Assembly (NCBI RefSeq): GCF_009914755.1 | Contig: NC_060926.1 | DNA length: 64,000 bases | Direction: 5' to 3' (one strand) | Origin: the human T2T-CHM13v2.0 reference genome, Homo sapiens | Shown here: one piece after another, positions 59,279 through 64,000 of the stretch | Layout: each line of letters opens with the position of its first letter | Numbering within the stretch: position 1 is the first letter of the stretch | Position numbers and translations under genes: made by a program | The notes under the pieces: model-generated | What the model saw: the letters and a program-made list of their open reading frames with translations, nothing else | Database searches by the model: none | What the model was told of the DNA's origin: nothing

Positions 59279-59854
59279 TGTGGTGGGCACCTCTCTAACA
59301 TGGCTCTCAGTGACCCCTTCCTCCTGGTACTCACTCCCCAGTGTAATCCTCTTTTCTTGAATGTGGGTAAGACCAACTGACTGACTTCTAATGCACTGAA
59401 TAGGTAAACGTTATGGGATGTCACTTTCTAGGATAGGTTACAAAAGACTGTTGACTTCATTGTAGCCCACACTCTCTTCCCTTGTTGTTTTCTCACTTGG
59501 AGGAAACCAGCTGCAATATTGGGAGCTGCTCTCTGGAGTATGCCACATAGCAGGGAATTGAGGGAAGCTTCTGATCAACAGCTCATAAGGAACTAAGGCC
59601 CTCAGTCCAATGAACTGTGAAGATCTAAACCCCACCAACAATCACTTAACTGAGCTTGGAAATGACTCTAACCCCAACTGAGCCTAAGATGACTGTAGCC
59701 CCTACTGTCCATCACCTTGATCCAACCTTCATAGAGACCTAGAGCCAGAGGACTTGAAACATATTCCTCTGTGCTATAACAAATGTCACTATGTTTTTAG
59801 GCAAGCCACTAAATACGGGGGTAATTTGTTATACAGCAATAGATAACTATTACA
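59279..59854 (+). mobile_element. MLT1F-like MaLR LTR, full length
   Basis: TGTGGTGGG...GGGATGTCACTT...GGCCCTCAGTCCAA...TAATTTGTTATACAGCAATAGATAACTATTACA. Confidence 0.88.
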
Positions 59855-60910
59855 AACCTATTCACACCAAACTTTTATTTCCCAAACTGCTCTATTTGTA
59901 ATAATCCCTTTCTAGGGTATTTAAAAATACGTGAGTGGTTAAAGACACATTTTATACACAAATGTATTCTTACAGTTATTTCCCTCTACCTCCATATGCT
60001 AGAAACTGAACAGGCAGTAATTTTCTTCTAAGTAGATGTCAAATGGGAAAAAATCTATATATGATGCTCTAGTAGGAATAAAAAACACTGTATTTTAATA
60101 AATACATTATATAATAAAGTAGTCAGAAAACAATTTTGAGCAACTAATTTTTGAAAAGCAACCTGAGAAATACAGTAAGAATACAATGTAGTTCTCCTCC
60201 CAAGGGGGTTACATTCTAATTAGTAAAATAAGAGCTATACAGATGAAAAGCCTACTAGTACTCTAGGTAGTAAATGACAAATAAGTCACACAGACAGTAA
60301 GCAATCTGGAAATAAAAAGAAGAAAGTAGTTTCCCAGGGTAAGCAGAGCATGCTCTGGTTCTTTAAAATGATTAGAATTAGAAATTAACATAATTTTGTA
60401 GTTTATACTTTTATAAATATGAGAACTCCTTTCCTTATGTTTATTTCATTCCTGATTATCTATAAGCAGGGATAGCATTTTATTTTACTCATGAATCTAT
60501 AGAATGGTAAAAACAAAGAAAAGGTTAAATAGTTCCCCTGAGAATAGTGGCAGTGTTCGAATAAAAACTAATGTCTCAAGACTCTTAAAATAGATTTTAC
60601 AAATATCAATTAATTTTTAAAATTAGCCAAAAGAGAAACAAAACTATCAAAATATATCTATCATATTACTTGTTTGATATTAAAAAAACAATTTCAAAAT
60701 TATAATTTGTTTTAAAATTTTAGTTTTCCATAAAATTTTTAAACATGATTCCATTTTAAACTTTAAAAAATTTATAGAATGGTGAAATAGGAATCGTTTT
60801 TGGTGGTACTGATGAAATTGCCTAGTAAATTATTTTGTTTGTGCTCTGGGAGAGAGTTAATACTCAGAGAAGTGTGCAGAAAGAAAGGAAGTTCTGGTGC
60901 CATAGAAGTA

Positions 60911-62288
60911 AATTTTTATTTTAAGTTCAGGGGTACATGTGCAGGTTTGTTACATAGGTAAACTTATGTCATGGGGGTTTGTTGTACAAATTATTTCATC
61001 ATCCAGTATTAAGTCTAATATCCATTAGTTATTTTTTTCTGATTCTCTCCCTCCTCCCACCATCCACCCTCTGAAAGGACCCAGTGTGCATTGTTCCCCT
61101 CTGCGTGTCCATGTGTTCTCGTGATTTAGCTCCCACTTATAAGTGAGAACATGTGGTATTTGGTTTTCTGTTCCTGTGTTAGTTTGCTAAGAATAATGGC
61201 CTTCATTTCCATCCATGTCCCTCCAAAGGACATGATCTCCTTCCTTTTTATGACTGCATAATATTCCATTTTGTATATGTGCCACATTTTCTTTACTCTA
61301 TCACTGATGGTTATTTAGGTGGATTCCATGCCTTTGCTATTGTGAATAGTGCTGCAATAAACATTCATGTGCATGTGTCTTTATGTAGAATGCTTATATA
61401 TCCTGGTGTACCCAATAATGGGATTGCTGGATCAAATGGTAGTTCTGTTTTTAGGTCTTTGAGGAATCATCATACACTCTTCCACAGTGTATGGAATCAT
61501 CATACACTCTTCCACCCACCCCCCAACAGTGTATAAGTGTTCGAGTATAAAATGATAGCATCTGTTATTTTTTGACTTTTTAATAATAGACATTCTGACT
61601 GGTATGAAATGACATCTCATTGTGGTTTTGATTTCCATGTCTGTAATATCAGTGATGTTGAGCTTGTTTTCATATGATTGTTGGCCACATGTATTTCTTT
61701 TGAAAAGTGTTCATGTCCTTTTCCCACTTTTTTATGGGGTTGTTTTTTTCTTGTTAATTTGTTTAAGTTCCTGATATATAGGCTAAATATTAGACTTTTG
61801 TCAGATGCATAGTTTGGAAAAATTTTCTCCCATTCTCTAGGTTGTCTGATCACTCTGTTGATAGTTTCTTTTGCTCTGCAGAGCTCTGTAGTTTAATTAG
61901 ATCTCCATTTGTCAATGTTTGTTTTTGTTGCAATTGCTTTTGGCATCTTTGTTATGAAATCTTTGCCTGTGCCTGAAGGGTATTGCCTAAGTTGTCTTCC
62001 AGGATTTTTATAGTTTGGGGTTATACATTTAAGTCTTCAAGTTATCTCGAGTTAATTTTTGCATATGGTGTAAAGAAGGGGTACCATTTCAATCTTCTGC
62101 ATGGCTAGACAATTATCCCAGCACTATTTATTGAATGGGGAATCCTTTCCACATTGCTTGTTCCTTTTTTTTTTTTCAGGTTTGGCAAAGATCAGATACT
62201 TGTAGGTGTATGGTCTTATTTCTGGGTTCTCTATTCTGTTCATTGGTCTACTTGCCTGTTTTTCTACCAGTACCATGCTGTTTTGGTT
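60911..62288 (-). mobile_element. 5'-truncated L1PA13-15-like element
   Basis: TTTTAAGTTCAGGGGTACATGTGCAGGTTTGTTACATAGGTAAAC...TTTAGCTCCCACTTATAAGTGAGAACATG; ends at CCATGCTGTTTTGGTT. Confidence 0.92.
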
Positions 62289-62289
62289 G

Positions 62290-62900
62290 AACATTGGTAA
62301 GAAGAGAGGAGCATGACATTTTAAACAGAAAGAAGTAATTAAGGCAAATTCAATGCAAAGATTTAGTATAATAAAGACTTAGGAATATCCACCAGATTTA
62401 AAAATTTGGATGCTCTTTTTGATTTTAGTGAGAGATAATATTAGTAGAGTCAGGGGACGAGGCTGGAATTCAATAGATTAAGAATGAACATGAGGTCAGA
62501 AAGTGGTAACAATGAGAATAGATCATGTTTTGAAGTCAGATGAGAAATACAAGAAAAATATTTGATTATTGGCGGAGGATTTAGGCTCAGGGTTATACAG
62601 AGACAAAGAAATGTAAATCTAAACTAGGACCTAGGAAGTGGATAAGTACAAGGAAGAGAGAGTAGAATGCCTTTGAATAGAAGGGACACTACATCTGAGA
62701 ATGAAGAAAAATATTACAAAGACAGAAATCAAAACAAATATGTGGTTGCATAGTTGTGTAAGAGAAGCTTTGTATTTGAGAAAGATGATACCTGATTGCA
62801 TTTCTGTCTGCTGAATATGATGAGCCTGGGGGCATAGAGGTTAAGGGCAGTGATGAAAAGACCTTGGAGAACATGTTGGCCAAAACAACTGGAGGGTTTG
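62290..62900 (-). mobile_element. L2 fragment
   Basis: GGAATATCCACCAGATTTA...TTAGTGAGAG...GAATGAACATGAGGT. Approximate. Confidence 0.5.
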
Positions 62901-63376
62901 GCCATGGCTTAGAAGATACACACTAGATGGAGACCAGAAACATGTAGTGGCACCAAATAGCTTTTTAAAAATATATAATTTCTTCCATTGCTATGCAGTA
63001 TTATTAATATTTTATTATACTAAGACTTGAACAAGGGATCCTATTAGTGCTTGTGATGTCTTGTTTCCATAGCTCTATGTGACATTCAGGTCTTTTGTTT
63101 TAAGACGAGTTTGCTACCCATTAGTCTAGAGACAGCTCTGAAAAATTAAAGTTAGAAAATTATCCACATATTGGTCATTGAACAAATACTCTTGATTAAA
63201 GTTATCTTATTTAGATGATATAAAATTAATTTACTGTTTTGTCCTCTGTGGCACAGGCATGAGGTGACACAGAGGCATAAGTTATTGGCAGGTCTCAAAA
63301 TAAATGCCTTATATAAATTTATTGGAAGGTTATTTCTCTTTTGGACTGGATGTGGGGGATTGTGGTTATCATACAT

Positions 63377-63377
<1 letters not shown>

Positions 63378-63418
<41 letters not shown>

Positions 63419-63608
63419 AGACCGAGTCTTGCTGTGTTGCCCAGGCTAGAATGCAGTGGTGCGATTTCAGCTCATTGCAAGCTCCGCCTCCTGGGTTCCA
63501 GGGTTTCACCGTGTTAGCCAGGATGGTCTCCATCTCTTGACCTTGTGATCCACCCACCTCGGCCTCCCAAAGTGCTAGGATTACAGGCGTGAGCCACTGT
63601 GCCTGGCC
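63378..63608 (-). mobile_element. AluY with a central deletion and a T40 tail
   Basis: GCAAGCTCCGCCTCCTGGGTTC joined to GGGTTTCACCGTGTTAGCCAGGATGG; TSD core TACATGT. Confidence 0.93.
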
Positions 63609-64000
63609 TGTACATGTCTTGTATTAGCCTGGACATTAAGATCACTCATGAAAACATTTTCTCACTTTACTGTACACTTTATAAACTCTGTACACTTAGG
63701 CTACACTGCATTTTATCCTGCTTTTTTTTTTGTGGGGTGACAGAGAAAAGCATTATGAATTATGACCTAGAAGGGATGTTAAGAGGCATTTGAGACCTAG
63801 AAGTAACCACCCCAGATACATTATGGTTTATATTGAACATTGGATGCATTATTTTAAATAAAATGTCAAATGGGCTTTTATTTTTAAAGGCAAAACAAAT
63901 AGTTTATATATAACCGTGGGCAAAAAAAAAAAAAAAAGTGCTTGGAAACCAATGTTTAAAATGTTCCTTTTGTTGAAATAACTTGTCCCAACATACAAGT

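Noticed and set aside
61432-61853. ORFs resembling L1 ORF2 C-terminus
   Set aside because: Frameshifted remnants of the truncated L1PA element, not functional CDS.

Overview
This is catarrhine primate (very probably human) genomic DNA: AT-rich and non-coding, either intergenic or within a large intron. It is not prokaryotic sequence. It is dominated by interspersed repeats: 10 Alus (J, S and Y types), many L1 pieces (mostly on the minus strand and often nested), L2/MIR relics, MaLR and ERV1 solo LTRs, and DNA-transposon fossils (MER2, MER5, MER20, MER58). It also holds one complete non-autonomous MER65-type provirus with both LTRs, a PBS, a PPT and a 4-bp TSD. No host protein-coding gene, RNA gene or CRISPR array can be supported. 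The only recognisable protein in the ORF track is the C-terminal part of LINE-1 ORF1p, inside an unusual ~740-bp internal L1 fragment with no 5' UTR or poly(A) and flanked by a short direct repeat. Other points worth checking are a well-formed 69-nt candidate exon on the minus strand in unique sequence, a closely spaced inverted Alu pair, repeated use of the same insertion sites, templated-insertion scars and an LTR with intact-looking promoter motifs. I found no convincing novel biological system. Repeat subfamily names come from recalled consensus sequences, and boundaries of old elements are approximate.
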